A stretch of DNA of 64,000 nt, taken from positions 1 through 64,000 of the IMG/VR virus record IMGVR_UViG_3300037424_000993, one strand, 5' to 3'. Below the pieces are notes generated by a model, which had not been told where the DNA came from, did no database searches, and was given only the letters and a program-made list of their open reading frames with translations. The position numbers and the translations under genes were made by a program. Below, piece after piece: positions 25,939 to 34,098 of this stretch. The DNA comes from a virus (lineage: Duplodnaviria > Caudoviricetes). Each line of letters opens with the position of its first letter. Position 1 is the stretch's first letter.

Positions 25939-26625
25939 ATGCAATCAAACACGAAACACTCAGCCGAGTGGCTACAACATTCGGCGGTCGAGGCGGGGCA
26001 AGCCCTCCGCGAGGCGGAGTATCAGGCACAGCGGGCAGCGCTGCTCGTCGGCAGCGTCTGCGTTGGATGCGACGACTACTCGTCCCAGTTTTTTAGGCTC
26101 GATCGCCGGCCGCCGGCCGAGCTGCAATCACCCACATCATTCGAGCGCTGCAGTCTACACAGGCTGCCGGACGGCGATTGGCTGGAGATTCTCCGGGGCA
26201 GCGCGTCGTGGGTGCGGCACACGTACGACCGCAGTTATGCGCTCGACCGAGCTCGCCGCAGGCAGATCGGCGGGTACGTGCTTCGCAGCGATGTCGCAGC
26301 GGCGTGCCGCGCTGTTATTGAGGCCGGGGCGAACCAGCTCAAAGTGTGTACGATCTGGGGTCACAACGCTTTTTCTGACGGCTCGCACGTAGCCAGTTAC
26401 AGCGCTGAGCGCTCGCTATACGCAGACGAGAAGGCTCAAGAGTGGATTGCATGTCTGCGCGAAGCGCGTGATATGCACCCCGGCAGCCATGGCGTGATAG
26501 ACGCAGCTATCGCCGCACTGAGCACCCCGGATGCGCTTCGCGCCTACCCCGCTCCCATTGACGCGGAGTTGTGTGCCCTGATTCGAGAGCTTGAAGCTGA
26601 CCTCGACGAGTCAGCGACAGCCTAA
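25939..26625 (+). CDS. Hypothetical protein
   Basis: Follows repeat copy 1. Confidence 0.6.
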   Translation: MQSNTKHSAEWLQHSAVEAGQALREAEYQAQRAALLVGSVCVGCDDYSSQFFRLDRRPPAELQSPTSFERCSLHRLPDGDWLEILRGSASWVRHTYDRSYALDRARRRQIGGYVLRSDVAAACRAVIEAGANQLKVCTIWGHNAFSDGSHVASYSAERSLYADEKAQEWIACLREARDMHPGSHGVIDAAIAALSTPDALRAYPAPIDAELCALIRELEADLDESATA

Positions 26626-26731
26626 GAACTCTACCCGGGCGCCTCAATGGGGCGCCTCTGTAGTGGACTTAGACGGCCCGACGATTCCCACGATTGAGCC
26701 CCCTTGGGGGCGTAAAAGGACTCATAGAATC

Positions 26732-26920
26732 ATGACAAAATCAACCCGCTTCGAGCTCCGCTTGACACCCGAAGAGTTCGCCCGCTGGAACGACACCGCC
26801 GAGTCCGAGGGTCGCACGCTGGCCGGCTGGGTCCGCTGGGTGTGCGGTCAATACTCAGCAAAATCAAGGGGTTCGAAGAAATCGACACGGCGGACGAAGA
26901 AAGTGTCCCGAGGGGCTTGA
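26732..26920 (+). CDS. Ribbon-helix-helix-like DNA-binding protein
   Basis: TRFELRLTPEEFARW..AESEGRTLAGWVR; follows repeat copy 2. Confidence 0.65.
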   Translation: MTKSTRFELRLTPEEFARWNDTAESEGRTLAGWVRWVCGQYSAKSRGSKKSTRRTKKVSRGA

Positions 26921-26944
26921 CTGTACGGACAATATCCGTATACT
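26917..26944 (+). promoter_or_regulatory. Sigma-70-like promoter with overlapping palindrome
   Basis: TTGACT-16bp-TATACT; TACGGA-N5-TCCGTA; ATG 7 nt after the -10 box. Confidence 0.6.
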
Positions 26945-26951
26945 GTACAAC

Positions 26952-27206
26952 ATGAGCAACGCAGCAATCCCCCAGACAATCGAAGCAGCCATCTCAGCCC
27001 TTGTAGACCAGGACGCGGCCAAATGGGGCGAGTCGGAGCGCGAAGCCAGCCGAGCGCACCACGCTAACCGTACCTACGGCCTGGCGCTCAATGAGCTAGC
27101 GAATCGCGCCTTCATGGCCGACTCGCCCGGCGCTGCCGACCTGGCCAAGGCAGCCAAAAAAGCGCTCACCAGATCCGATCGGGCCGTGCTCCGTGCGGCC
27201 AGATAA
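26952..27206 (+). CDS. Hypothetical protein, probably leaderless
   Basis: No SD sequence; promoter immediately upstream. Confidence 0.6.
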   Translation: MSNAAIPQTIEAAISALVDQDAAKWGESEREASRAHHANRTYGLALNELANRAFMADSPGAADLAKAAKKALTRSDRAVLRAAR

Positions 27207-27232
27207 ACCCCAAGAAAGGTAGGACTACCAAC

Positions 27233-27514
27233 ATGAAATCGTATCCCGAGTGGCTGCAACATTCAGCGGTCGAACTGGAGTCCTGGGAAGACGCGGCAGC
27301 CCAAGCCGGCGATGCTGCGACAATGCTGATTGCTGGCATAGCGCGAGGCTGTCCCGCACGCGGCCTGCTCGGTATGACCGCGGAAGATGTCGAGCGCGAG
27401 TGGCCGACCGTTACGGACTCGTCGTCGGGCGACGAGATAGTTGCATTATTGCGGTCGCCTGCACAGGCGTTAGCGATTGCTGAATCGTGGGGATCACCAT
27501 ACCCGATCGACTGA
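27233..27514 (+). CDS. Hypothetical protein
   Basis: AGGA RBS; shares EWLQHSAVE with the gene at 25939. Confidence 0.6.
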   Translation: MKSYPEWLQHSAVELESWEDAAAQAGDAATMLIAGIARGCPARGLLGMTAEDVEREWPTVTDSSSGDEIVALLRSPAQALAIAESWGSPYPID

Positions 27515-27558
27515 GCGGCGATCCAAGAGCCCCCTTGGGGGCGGAAAGTGAGAGAATT

Positions 27559-27891
27559 ATGAGCGAAACTGAGGTACCCGCGAGCCCTAGCAGGTTAGCT
27601 GCCGTCGTTCGGGGATACAGTTGCGCAGCGACGGACGCTGCCTGGCGCGCTGCTATAAATCGGTGGTTTGCCGGTCGGTGTGCGAATGGCATCACGTACC
27701 CAGAGTCCGTGTTTGCGTTGCGCGAGGGGCTGGCGTGGGCGCGCCCCGGGGAGGCCCCTCCGGATAGCGTGCACCGATACATGCGAGGATGGCATGAGGC
27801 GTCTAGATGGCGTGGCGGAGGCATGGCCCCAGAGGACGTATTGAGAGCGATCGCGGCTAACGCGGGCCCGGATGGGCCCCGACCCACTTGA
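27559..27891 (+). CDS. Hypothetical protein
   Basis: Follows repeat copy 3. Confidence 0.55.
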   Translation: MSETEVPASPSRLAAVVRGYSCAATDAAWRAAINRWFAGRCANGITYPESVFALREGLAWARPGEAPPDSVHRYMRGWHEASRWRGGGMAPEDVLRAIAANAGPDGPRPT

Positions 27892-27951
27892 TGCCTTCGA
27901 GCGATTCCCACAATTGAGCCCCCTTGGGGGCGTAAAAGGACTCATAGAATC

Positions 27952-28206
27952 ATGACAAACCCAATGAACAAACGAGCAAAACGCGCGGCAGACGCTGCAG
28001 CAGCAGAGCGCGATCGCATCGATCACGGCCCGGGCAGCGAGGGCCAATGGAAGCACGACAATGCGGCTCACAACGCGCAGGGGCGTGCAGAGCAAGAACT
28101 AGGGCTCCAGCTTGATTGCGATGAGCAGGCGGCCGACGAAGCGGAGCATGCCGCGTTTCTCGCGGAATTCGAACTCGAAAAGCGCCGCGCAAGCCGCTCG
28201 CGCTAA
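27952..28206 (+). CDS. Hypothetical protein
   Basis: Follows repeat copy 4. Confidence 0.6.
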   Translation: MTNPMNKRAKRAADAAAAERDRIDHGPGSEGQWKHDNAAHNAQGRAEQELGLQLDCDEQAADEAEHAAFLAEFELEKRRASRSR

Positions 28207-28362
28207 CGCTCTCCCCACTGCCGCACAGGCAGCTTAGAAATGCTGGGTGTTGTTTTCACTCACTGCCGAATAGGCAGCTAGCAGTAGCGGGCCCGGATGG
28301 GCCCCGACCGACTTGATACTACAGTCGCTATTGAGCCCCCTTGGGGGCGGAAAGGAACGAGA

Positions 28363-28701
28363 ATGATTGACCAGCTTCAAGCCCGCATCCAATACTACCG
28401 CGATCTTGGCGCGCGATACTCTGCCCGCACGACCGGGCTGTCTGAGATCGCGCTCCGTGAGAGAGACCACGTGTTCGTGCGTGCCTCTGGTCGCCGGGGC
28501 GCCGCGTCGAGAATCTTGGACGCAGCTGCTGCGGCCGACGAACCGTTGCGCACCGGCATGATCGAAGCCGCTCGGATCGTCCTGGACTCTATCGACGAGC
28601 TCGGGATGCAGGACGGTTTACCATCCCAGGAAACGCTGGATCGCGAAACCGCGGCCGCTCAGCGGGTACTGACGAAGGCGTCAGGATATGTCGAGGACTG
28701 A
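28363..28701 (+). CDS. Hypothetical protein
   Basis: Follows repeat copy 5. Confidence 0.6.
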   Translation: MIDQLQARIQYYRDLGARYSARTTGLSEIALRERDHVFVRASGRRGAASRILDAAAAADEPLRTGMIEAARIVLDSIDELGMQDGLPSQETLDRETAAAQRVLTKASGYVED

Positions 28702-28768
28702 GCTCCCGCTCCATCCTGGCCGTCGCCAGGCCCATTGCCCCGGAAGGGCCCAGAAAGGACGAACCACG

Positions 28769-29044
28769 ATGAGCAAACATTTGGAGCGAGCAGTGGAATT
28801 AGGCGTAGAGGCCCAGTTCCACGCCGCGCTAAAGTGGACCGACGAAATGGCCCGCACTGCGCAGGGAAAACCTTGCCAACTTTGCGCGCTTACGAGGGTC
28901 CGCAATAGCGCAGACACTCTTGCGGTGGTCGTCGGCTTCGGCGCAGACGGTGGCGGTCAAGCAACCCTGCTGGCTGTGTGCGCGACGTGCGCGCGCGGCC
29001 ACAACGTTGTGGCGCGCCAAGCAGTCGGCGCGGTGGAATTGTGA
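28769..29044 (+). CDS. Hypothetical protein with CxxC pairs
   Basis: AAAGGA RBS; CQLC, CATC. Confidence 0.55.
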   Translation: MSKHLERAVELGVEAQFHAALKWTDEMARTAQGKPCQLCALTRVRNSADTLAVVVGFGADGGGQATLLAVCATCARGHNVVARQAVGAVEL

Positions 29045-29146
29045 TGCGCGGCCCCTGGTACCTCACCTGCCCAACAAAATGACGAAAGCCCCCGAGCCGC
29101 TGGGGCAGGGGGGCGAGAGAGCTGGGTAATTAATGTGAGTGGTATA

Positions 29147-29227
29147 CTACCGTCCACCCCACGTCAGCGCGACACCGAACACTATCGCAACGATGAGCCC
29201 GCTCAGCAGCACGTCGTCGACTATCAT
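29147..29227 (-). CDS. 26-aa membrane peptide
   Basis: MIVDDVLLSGLIVAIVFGVALTWGGR; ATGA overlap. Confidence 0.45.
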   Translation of the reverse strand: MIVDDVLLSGLIVAIVFGVALTWGGR

Positions 29228-29310
29228 CGTCGTATCCGCAACGTCATTGCCAGCAAAGCCAACGGAAACGCGATCAACACACACCGCGCCCAGAAATCGA
29301 ACTCGCTCAC
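29224..29310 (-). CDS. 28-aa membrane peptide
   Basis: MSEFDFWARCVLIAFPLALLAMTLRIRR; GTGA overlap. Confidence 0.45.
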   Translation of the reverse strand: MSEFDFWARCVLIAFPLALLAMTLRIRR

Positions 29311-29855
29311 TGTCTCACCTGCCACCAGTGCCGGCCTCTCTTGAGCGCCCACCCCTTGCCGAGGTGTGGCGAGTTGTGCTGCGGGTTGCAGCTGTGCCCG
29401 GTGCCGTAGCCAGCGAATACGGCGCCCATGGCCCACGCTGACGGCTCTGGTCGGTAGTAGAGACAGCGCTCCCAGTGCTGCGCCAGGTGCTCATAGACGG
29501 CCCTGACGCATGCCCGCGTAGCCTCCAGCGACGTGCCGATTAGGGACTCGTCGCCGTGCCGTATTTGGCCCAAGCAGACGCTCTGGCCGCGGTCCCCACG
29601 TCGACTTCCGTCGTGGACCTCAAGCCTCCACCGTCCTGACTCGTGGCGCGTCACAACGTAGCCCGCCCAGGCGCGATCCGCAGCCGACCAGCCCCAGCCG
29701 TCCTCTAACTCGATAGCCTCGACGGCCAGCGCTGTCGCGATCGTCTCGTAACGCTGTTGGCGCTCGCAGGGCGACTCAGGGTCTTCACCTGGCGGATACC
29801 AGGGGCCAGAGGCTGCAAGCGCCGTCGCGAGTATTGCGGCGGCTAATTCTGACAT
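29307..29855 (-). CDS. Putative lytic transglycosylase (lysozyme fold) with hydrophobic N-terminus
   Basis: RHES candidate catalytic Glu; GDRGQSVCLGQI resembles the SLT motif; Ala-rich N-terminal segment. Confidence 0.6.
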   Translation of the reverse strand: MSELAAAILATALAASGPWYPPGEDPESPCERQQRYETIATALAVEAIELEDGWGWSAADRAWAGYVVTRHESGRWRLEVHDGSRRGDRGQSVCLGQIRHGDESLIGTSLEATRACVRAVYEHLAQHWERCLYYRPEPSAWAMGAVFAGYGTGHSCNPQHNSPHLGKGWALKRGRHWWQVRQ

Positions 29856-29862
29856 AGGTAAG

Positions 29863-30345
29863 CTATAACGGGTTGATGCCCCGTGGCAGAGGCTTCACTT
29901 CGACGTCGACTTTCGACACCGGCGGAGTCTGCGACTGACTGATCACCTTGCGTCCCTGGTCGACGCCTGGGAGCTTGACCTCGCCGTTGGGATGCGTTGA
30001 CCATGCCGAGCCCGTCGCTTCGCGGAATGACTCGCACGCCTCGAGGTGCTGTCGGTGCGTGTCGATTAGCTCGTTCAACTTCGCGCGCGTCGCGGCGTTC
30101 TCATCGGCGATTCGCTCAATCTCTTTTGTTGGACGCAGGTCCTTGATGATCGTCGAACACGCTACGCCGAAACCGCCGATCACTGGCAGCACGGCGCACA
30201 CGAGCCCGAACCATTTGAGCATCGTCTTGCTCGGCTCCCACAGCTTTGAGCGCCGAAAATTGGGAATGGGCGCTTCGCCCTGCAACGACTCGGGCGGCAG
30301 CGTCGTGCCGAGCTTCGCCCCCAGCACAACTTTTCTGCCAGGCAT
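29863..30345 (-). CDS. TM plus coiled-coil protein (lysis accessory?)
   Basis: WFGLVCAVLPVIGGFGVAC followed by heptads. Confidence 0.55.
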   Translation of the reverse strand: MPGRKVVLGAKLGTTLPPESLQGEAPIPNFRRSKLWEPSKTMLKWFGLVCAVLPVIGGFGVACSTIIKDLRPTKEIERIADENAATRAKLNELIDTHRQHLEACESFREATGSAWSTHPNGEVKLPGVDQGRKVISQSQTPPVSKVDVEVKPLPRGINPL

Positions 30346-30348
30346 ACG

Positions 30349-30723
30349 CTATCTCGTAGGAGGCTCTGACGCGCGCCCCTCCAGCGCCTCTACACGCAGC
30401 CGCAGAGCACTGTGGTCTTCGCGCAGCGCACGATGGTCTTCTCGTAGTCTCTCGATTGCCAGCTTCTGACGGACCTGCTCTTCGTTGAGCCGCACCTGAC
30501 GCTGCTGTATCTCGAGCGCCATCGTCGTGATGTTCGAGAGCCTGGATTTCACCGACCGCTCGACATTTTCGATCGAGCCGCGCAGGCTTGTCAGTCCACC
30601 GTCGACCATGAGCGATAACTGAGCAACCTCGCTCAGTACGTCCCCGATATCTGGCAGCGGCTTCTCGGTGCGTGGCACAGTTGGGCTCTCGTTGAGTTTC
30701 AGCTTCTCGCTGTCGTCCACCAC
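30349..30723 (-). CDS. Coiled-coil protein
   Basis: LREDHRALREDHSALR heptad repeat. Confidence 0.6.
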   Translation of the reverse strand: MVDDSEKLKLNESPTVPRTEKPLPDIGDVLSEVAQLSLMVDGGLTSLRGSIENVERSVKSRLSNITTMALEIQQRQVRLNEEQVRQKLAIERLREDHRALREDHSALRLRVEALEGRASEPPTR

Positions 30724-32027
30724 TCTGCCTCCGCTTGCTCCATCGTGAGCGTGACTAGTGTTTCCACGTGCCGGCGATCGGCGTCTGTGATCTCGGGAGC
30801 CGCTGGCTCGTCGACTGGCGGCTGTTCCTGCTCTTGCTCCGGCTGCGGGTAGCTCACGAAACCAAGTAGCCGCGGATGGTCGTATTCAGTACGTTGCACA
30901 CGCCACGCGCCGCCGGGGCCTTCGTTGGCGCCTATGTTTTCGTAGTCGGCCGCGCCGACATCAGAGACGCGGTCAACGTGGCCCCACCATGACGTTTCGG
31001 GGCGCCCCGGCTGGCTGCGGTCGTAGATTGCCAGGTCTCCGACTCGAGGCCGCCAGCCCGCTAGCACGCGCTCTCTGGACACCCAAGTGCCCGATTCGAC
31101 GGCGTCTGCCATCAGCTCTTTAGCGCCAGCGCGATGCCGGTGGGGCAACGGCTCGTCCGGCTTAGCGCAGGCAAACGCAGCCGCACACTGGGCAGCGGCG
31201 CAATGGTTGCCCGAGAATTTGGAGCCGAGAAAACCGATCAGTCCGTTGCGTTCGCACTTCTCGAACCATGCCGATTTGGTCGCTGCGCTTGGCGGGTTCT
31301 CCCGCATCATCTGACCGCGACACCACTCGACGGCGAGCTCGCCAACGCCGTTCGGGCGCGTATCGTCGCCCCACGCTGGCGGCGCGGGAGTCGTGTCGCG
31401 CACGACATCGACCACGGGAGCAACCCACAGCCTGGCGGCTTCAACGCCAACGATCATTTGCTGACGCGAGTGCGCAGGTCCGTCAACACCGTCCGCTGCA
31501 ATCACGTGTAAACCCTGCTCGTGCACGCTCGATCGGGTATCGTCGCGCTTCAGACCCAGCCGCGCCAGCAGATGGTTCGCCGTGGCTCGCGTCGACTCGT
31601 ACGGCGGCACAATCTGTGAGTGCGTGAGAACGAACACTTTCCGCCCAGCCAACGCCTCTTTTGCGTAGACGGTAGGACCCGCAAGACCTTCTGCGTTGTC
31701 GGCGCTAGCATGCAGTCCGTCGACAAGCATCACCGCTGCGCACCGCCGTCGAGCATCAGGGTCGCGCAGGTAGTAGCGCACCGCCCAGCAGCCAGCGCTG
31801 AACCCCATTAGAATAACCGGGGTATCCGGCGCGGTACCGGGGGCGTAGCGCTCGATCAGTCTGTCTAACGTTGGGCACTTTCGAGCTAGACCTTTGCGCT
31901 CTGCGTACGCTTCCGAGAACTCCCCGGCGTAGATGCGCTTGACGCGCGAAACGTCGAGTCCGAAGGCGTCCGCGTACTTCGCTACGGCGTCCGGGTGGGT
32001 GTGGATTAGTAGTGCTATCGGTTTCAC
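30699..32027 (-). CDS. Putative endolysin: alpha/beta-hydrolase domain plus CHAP-like domain
   Basis: N-terminal GFSAG nucleophile elbow and LVDGLH; C-terminal NHCAA, GDLAIY, WGHVDRV, GANE. Confidence 0.65.
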   Translation of the reverse strand: MKPIALLIHTHPDAVAKYADAFGLDVSRVKRIYAGEFSEAYAERKGLARKCPTLDRLIERYAPGTAPDTPVILMGFSAGCWAVRYYLRDPDARRRCAAVMLVDGLHASADNAEGLAGPTVYAKEALAGRKVFVLTHSQIVPPYESTRATANHLLARLGLKRDDTRSSVHEQGLHVIAADGVDGPAHSRQQMIVGVEAARLWVAPVVDVVRDTTPAPPAWGDDTRPNGVGELAVEWCRGQMMRENPPSAATKSAWFEKCERNGLIGFLGSKFSGNHCAAAQCAAAFACAKPDEPLPHRHRAGAKELMADAVESGTWVSRERVLAGWRPRVGDLAIYDRSQPGRPETSWWGHVDRVSDVGAADYENIGANEGPGGAWRVQRTEYDHPRLLGFVSYPQPEQEQEQPPVDEPAAPEITDADRRHVETLVTLTMEQAEAEWWTTARS

Positions 32028-32422
32028 TCAAGTTCGTCCATTCTCCAAACATGTCTGCCGTCCGAGAAAAAGATCAGACGGCTCGGAAACTCGCGCTTCG
32101 CTCTGCGTGCTAGCTCGATTGCCAGGCGCCAGGTCGGCGCTCGCCATTCGTTGTGCCACTTGCCTCCGTAGCTGACGGCTGCGACGTAGTAGCCCTCTCC
32201 GTTGGCTAGAACACTGCGCCCCTTAGTCAGCGCAGGACGTTGCCCACTCCGCGACTTCGTTCGTGTACCCGACTGGGTTCGCTTTGGTTGGCGCGATCTG
32301 TTGTCCCGTGTAGGCATAAACACCCGGGAATCCGTTGGCGCAACCAACACCATGCGACACGATTCCGATCCGCAAACCGTCCAGCACCATGGGGCCTCCG
32401 CTGTCACCTTGGCACGAACCAC
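32024..32422 (-). CDS. Possible small protein; start uncertain
   Basis: Only the 3' ~200 nt are free of overlap with the protease gene. Confidence 0.3.
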   Translation of the reverse strand: MVRAKVTAEAPWCWTVCGSESCRMVLVAPTDSRVFMPTRDNRSRQPKRTQSGTRTKSRSGQRPALTKGRSVLANGEGYYVAAVSYGGKWHNEWRAPTWRLAIELARRAKREFPSRLIFFSDGRHVWRMDELE

Positions 32423-33296
32423 GACCGACCACGTCGGCGCAGATCATCCTCGGTGTTAGCGTGCCGTAGAAGTCATCGCACTTGGACTGAATTACGATCG
32501 GGTTGCTGACTTTGAGCAGAACCGGCGAGACGGCGCCGCCGCTTGAAGTTCGACCCCATCCCCATTGGCTCACTGTAAGCGGCTTGCCGTCGGGACCAAT
32601 GACTTCACCCTCGTGTAACTCCAGCGACGGAGTGTCCGGAGGCACATCAGGCAACCAAATCAGAGCAACGTCCCAATCGAAGGTTCTTGGGTCGTAACGC
32701 TGGAACACGTTGCCATCTGCGTCCTCGCGACCAGCAAGCATCACGTCCGCAGTCCCTACCTCGTATTCGAGTCCCTCGAGCGTTCGCAGGTCCTTGCGTC
32801 CAATCACGGCGCGAAAGCGACTGTAGACAACCATGCAATGCGCGGCAGTCAACACCCAGCGCCCCCGGTAGAGAGCACCGCCGCAAAAGTGGCCACCCGT
32901 TGGGGTCTGCAACGAGACCATCCAAGGGGCTTCGTCGGGCAGGGCAGGGGTGCCGCCGACGATGCGCGACTCTGGCAAGGGGCGCTCTACGCGGCCCACT
33001 GACGGTCTGACGAAGACGCACCGAGCCGCTGGCCCCTCCGGAAGCGTGCCGGCGTCAGGCGGGCTCGTTGGCGGTGCCGGCGCCGTTGTAGCAGTGGATG
33101 TTGGTGGCGGCTGCGGCGGCTGCGGCGCCGTCGGTACCGGAGCAGGCTCGACCGGTACCGGCGTGCAGCTGCTGCAGGTGTAGACTGCGCCAGAAAACGC
33201 CACCGCTCCGCTGACAACCGAGATTGTCATCAGCCGCTTACGCCCGGCCGGCGTGCCCCCGACGATTCCCAGGAGGGCCAGGAAGGTGACAATCAC
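32223..33296 (-). CDS. Trypsin-like (S1A) serine protease with membrane anchor and Pro-rich linker
   Basis: IVGG, CGGAL, VLTAAHC, DVALI, CQGDSGGP: complete His/Asp/Ser triad. Confidence 0.93.
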   Translation of the reverse strand: MIVTFLALLGIVGGTPAGRKRLMTISVVSGAVAFSGAVYTCSSCTPVPVEPAPVPTAPQPPQPPPTSTATTAPAPPTSPPDAGTLPEGPAARCVFVRPSVGRVERPLPESRIVGGTPALPDEAPWMVSLQTPTGGHFCGGALYRGRWVLTAAHCMVVYSRFRAVIGRKDLRTLEGLEYEVGTADVMLAGREDADGNVFQRYDPRTFDWDVALIWLPDVPPDTPSLELHEGEVIGPDGKPLTVSQWGWGRTSSGGAVSPVLLKVSNPIVIQSKCDDFYGTLTPRMICADVVGRGSCQGDSGGPMVLDGLRIGIVSHGVGCANGFPGVYAYTGQQIAPTKANPVGYTNEVAEWATSCAD

Positions 33297-33988
33297 AGTA
33301 GCTCCGGAACCTCGACCGGCGACGAGTCACCGACCGCTAGACGACCCGTTGCTGGTGGAACGACGTGCCGGCCCTTGCTGCCCCATCCCAGCTCTTTGAG
33401 CAGGCCCGCCACTTCGCGCACGAGCTCGGCGCCCGAGTTGTAGGTCTCTTTGCCTTGGTCGACGGCTGCATCGCCTTGGCGAGCCAGCGTTTCCGCCTGT
33501 GACAAGAACTCCGACGATCGACCCAACAGGTCAGCAATCTTGCTGACAACATCCTGCGGCAGCCCAGGGGCCGCTTCGAGCCAGACGCGAAAGCGCGTGA
33601 CGGCACGCTGCGCGACCTGGATGAGCTTAATCAGCGTGTCAGCGCTGACCGGGACAGACCCGAGCAAGCCCGCGCATCCGCTTACCAGCGGTAGACACGC
33701 CAAGGACGCCAAACCCGCCAACGTCGCTCGCTTGACGCTATCCACTCCAGATCTCCCCGTCTTTGGGTCGACCCCAGCAGCGCGCGCGGTCTCGGGACCA
33801 ACAACGTTGCGTCGCACCCACCACGCTGCAACGAGCGGCAGAACAACGGTGGCGACTTGGCTCACGAGATCAACGATGGCCTGACTCTGCTCATCGCTCA
33901 GCTTCACGCCGAAACGCTGCAGCAGCACTAGGATTGCCGCGACCAGGGCGACAAGCGCGCCCGCTTTGATTGCTGGTTCGTTTTTCAT
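33293..33988 (-). CDS. Holin-like membrane protein with downstream lipobox-like segment
   Basis: Two N-terminal TM helices; third hydrophobic stretch ending LVSGC; GGAG RBS. Confidence 0.55.
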   Translation of the reverse strand: MKNEPAIKAGALVALVAAILVLLQRFGVKLSDEQSQAIVDLVSQVATVVLPLVAAWWVRRNVVGPETARAAGVDPKTGRSGVDSVKRATLAGLASLACLPLVSGCAGLLGSVPVSADTLIKLIQVAQRAVTRFRVWLEAAPGLPQDVVSKIADLLGRSSEFLSQAETLARQGDAAVDQGKETYNSGAELVREVAGLLKELGWGSKGRHVVPPATGRLAVGDSSPVEVPELL

Positions 33989-34098
33989 TGTGCTTCTCCG
34001 TGTTTGCCCGCACCCCAGCAGAGAACGCACCGATTCCGTCACACGGAGGGACAGGGCCAGTGCGCTCGCTGCTGGGGTTTGGGGTGTAGATGTTTGGG

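Larger units (their letters stand above)
25906..28354 (+). repeat. Five dispersed copies of GAGCCCCCTTGGGGGCG(G/T)AAA upstream of genes
   Basis: Copies start at 25906, 26696, 27527, 27916 and 28333; each lies shortly before an ATG. Confidence 0.9.

Noticed and set aside
25906-28354. CRISPR array or integron cassette array
   Set aside because: Intervals are several hundred to over a thousand bp and hold ORFs; I found no cas genes, no attC-type RYYYAAC/GTTRRRY ends and no recognisable IntI.
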